A stretch of 16,094 nt of DNA from Candidatus Odinarchaeota archaeon. GTDB taxonomy: Archaea; Asgardarchaeota; Odinarchaeia; Odinarchaeales; Odinarchaeaceae. The notes under the pieces were generated by a model. The model was not told where the DNA came from. It made no database searches and saw nothing but the letters and a program-made list of their open reading frames with translations. Below, one piece after another: positions 14,784-16,094 of the stretch. Within the stretch, counting starts at the first letter, position 1; every line of letters starts with the position of its first letter. Both the position numbers and the translations under genes were made by a program. The stretch covers positions 1-16,094 of the forward strand of contig JAWBON010000027.1 of assembly GCA_038826135.1 (NCBI GenBank). Direction: 5' to 3'.

Positions 14784-16094
14784 TTGTTTATTGAAGAAGT
14801 GAATGTAACCCGTAAAAAATATAGTAAAAACCTAGTTAACCTAGCTTTACTTTACCCTAACAAATACCAGGCGGGTGTCGAATCTTTAGCGATGCAAATC
14901 CTGTACATGCTCTTCAACAGAGAGGAGAATTTCTACTGTCAACGAGTTTACAGCACACCACCCTACACCTCCATGGAGGAGGGGATGAAGCTAGCAGACT
15001 TCAAAATTATTTGTGTAACACTCCAATACGAAAACGATTATTTTAATTTTATAAAAACTCTTTTAAACTCGAATATTGAACCACGCTCAGCGAATAGAGT
15101 TAACGGACCGTTGATTATAGCGGGCGGCCCCTGCGCTACTGAGAATCCTCTCCCCCTCTCACAGTTCATAGATGTCTTCATAATAGGCGAGGTTGAACCT
15201 ATTTTTCCACTTTTAAAAGAAGCTGTAATCTCATATACAGAATCCGGTGAACTGGCGGCTTTTAGAAATATCACCAGCGCGTACATACCGTCTATAATGA
15301 GAGGTGAAAAAGTTAGAAGAGCCTGGGCTTCTAACTTAGACGCCCTCCCCTACCCTACCAGTCAAGTTCTCCCATCTGCAACAGGCTTATTCGGAAAGCA
15401 CCCTATCGCCTTCGGCTCAAGTTTTATAGTTGAAGTCTCAAGGGGCTGCACTAGAAATTGCAGATTCTGCCTGATAGGATGCCAGAGCCCACCTTACAGG
15501 GAGAGAAGCTTAGAGAAGCTTAAGAATATTATTTTAGAAGGTGCGGCTAAGACTTCGAGAAGCAGAGTCTCACTTATCTCATCCGCTTTCTCAGATTATT
15601 CAAGTCAGATAGAACTTTTAAAATTCATAATCGACAGTAATATTTACCCTATCATTCCATCTTTAAGAGCTGATCGTGTTTCAGAGGAACTTATTAGTTT
15701 AATCAAGAAGTCAGGTGAACGCAGCGTTACAATAGCCCCGGATACCGCATCCGACAGACTCCTGGAGGAGGTGAATAAAGGTCTATCAACACGCGATGTT
15801 TTAGATGCTTCTGAGAAAATCAACCGGACTGGTTTAAATAAAATAAAACTGTATTTTATGTACGGGTTACCCTCCGAGACTGTTGATGAAACACTAAAAA
15901 TAATAGATTTAGTCGGCAAGATATCTCTGCAAGGGTTTAAGAAAAAAAATATTACAGTTAACCTCACCCCATTCATACCTAAGCCTCACACCCCATTCCA
16001 GTGTAAGGCTCAGATGCCTATTAAAGAATTGATTAAACGTGAACAAATTCTTTTAAAAAATCTTAGAAGAGAAGGCTATAACGTTAAATGTTAC
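14784..16094 (+). CDS. B12-binding-domain radical SAM protein, 3'-truncated by the window edge (absent from the ORF track)
   Basis: Manual translation from TTG 14784 (GGAGGT SD at 14771-14776) is open for 437 codons: MFIEEVN..., LLYPNKY, LQYEND, IIAGGPCATENP, FIIGEVE, EVSRGCTRNCRFC (CxxxCxxC at 15447-15470), SLRAD, TIAPD, LYFMYGLP, PFIPKPHTPFQ. Confidence 0.92.
   Translation, partial: MFIEEVNVTRKKYSKNLVNLALLYPNKYQAGVESLAMQILYMLFNREENFYCQRVYSTPPYTSMEEGMKLADFKIICVTLQYENDYFNFIKTLLNSNIEPRSANRVNGPLIIAGGPCATENPLPLSQFIDVFIIGEVEPIFPLLKEAVISYTESGELAAFRNITSAYIPSIMRGEKVRRAWASNLDALPYPTSQVLPSATGLFGKHPIAFGSSFIVEVSRGCTRNCRFCLIGCQSPPYRERSLEKLKNIILEGAAKTSRSRVSLISSAFSDYSSQIELLKFIIDSNIYPIIPSLRADRVSEELISLIKKSGERSVTIAPDTASDRLLEEVNKGLSTRDVLDASEKINRTGLNKIKLYFMYGLPSETVDETLKIIDLVGKISLQGFKKKNITVNLTPFIPKPHTPFQCKAQMPIKELIKREQILLKNLRREGYNVKCY

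Noticed and set aside
14717-14794. 25-codon ORF (MKAIRTVLL...) overlapping the radical SAM start
   Set aside because: No SD and no recognisable motif, and it spans the probable promoter and SD of the next gene.
337-15976. Short track ORFs antisense to or overlapping real genes (337-606, 2496-2771, 3750-4046, 5097-5294, 7960-8346, 9464-9685, 9884-10114, 10137-10364, 10585-10800, 10797-11018, 12544-12744, 15038-15286, 15644-15976)
   Set aside because: They are shadows of well-supported genes on the opposite strand and have no recognisable motifs.
1-16094. CRISPR arrays, rRNA, tRNA, transposases or integrases
   Set aside because: None seen; nearly all of the sequence is accounted for by housekeeping CDSs and short intergenic regions.

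Overview
Core archaeal informational-gene neighbourhood, most likely from an Asgard archaeon. That assignment is inferred from two tandem Rab-like small GTPases beside archaeal ribosomal genes. Plus strand, 17-6671: aIF5B, rpS6e, aIF2-gamma, a PIN protein, Rpo7, Spt4, a DUF359 dephospho-CoA kinase, rpS24e, rpS27ae and a V4R protein. Minus strand, 11905 to 6692: kae1, bud32, rdgB/HAM1, rpS15, a RecJ/GAN-like DHH nuclease, probable pcc1 and rpS3ae. Plus strand, 12102-16094: two Rab-like GTPases, archaeal GlmU and a B12-binding radical SAM gene that runs off the window and is missing from the ORF track. The key observation is that kae1, shown as two broken ORFs, is interrupted by a 26-nt insertion (11638-11663) that folds into a canonical bulge-helix-bulge (BHB) motif. 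Cutting at the canonical endonuclease positions restores the frame and the conserved SQGPGLGPCLR motif, giving a 325-aa Kae1. This points to a tRNA-type intron in an essential protein-coding gene. Splicing is predicted from sequence only and has not been shown.
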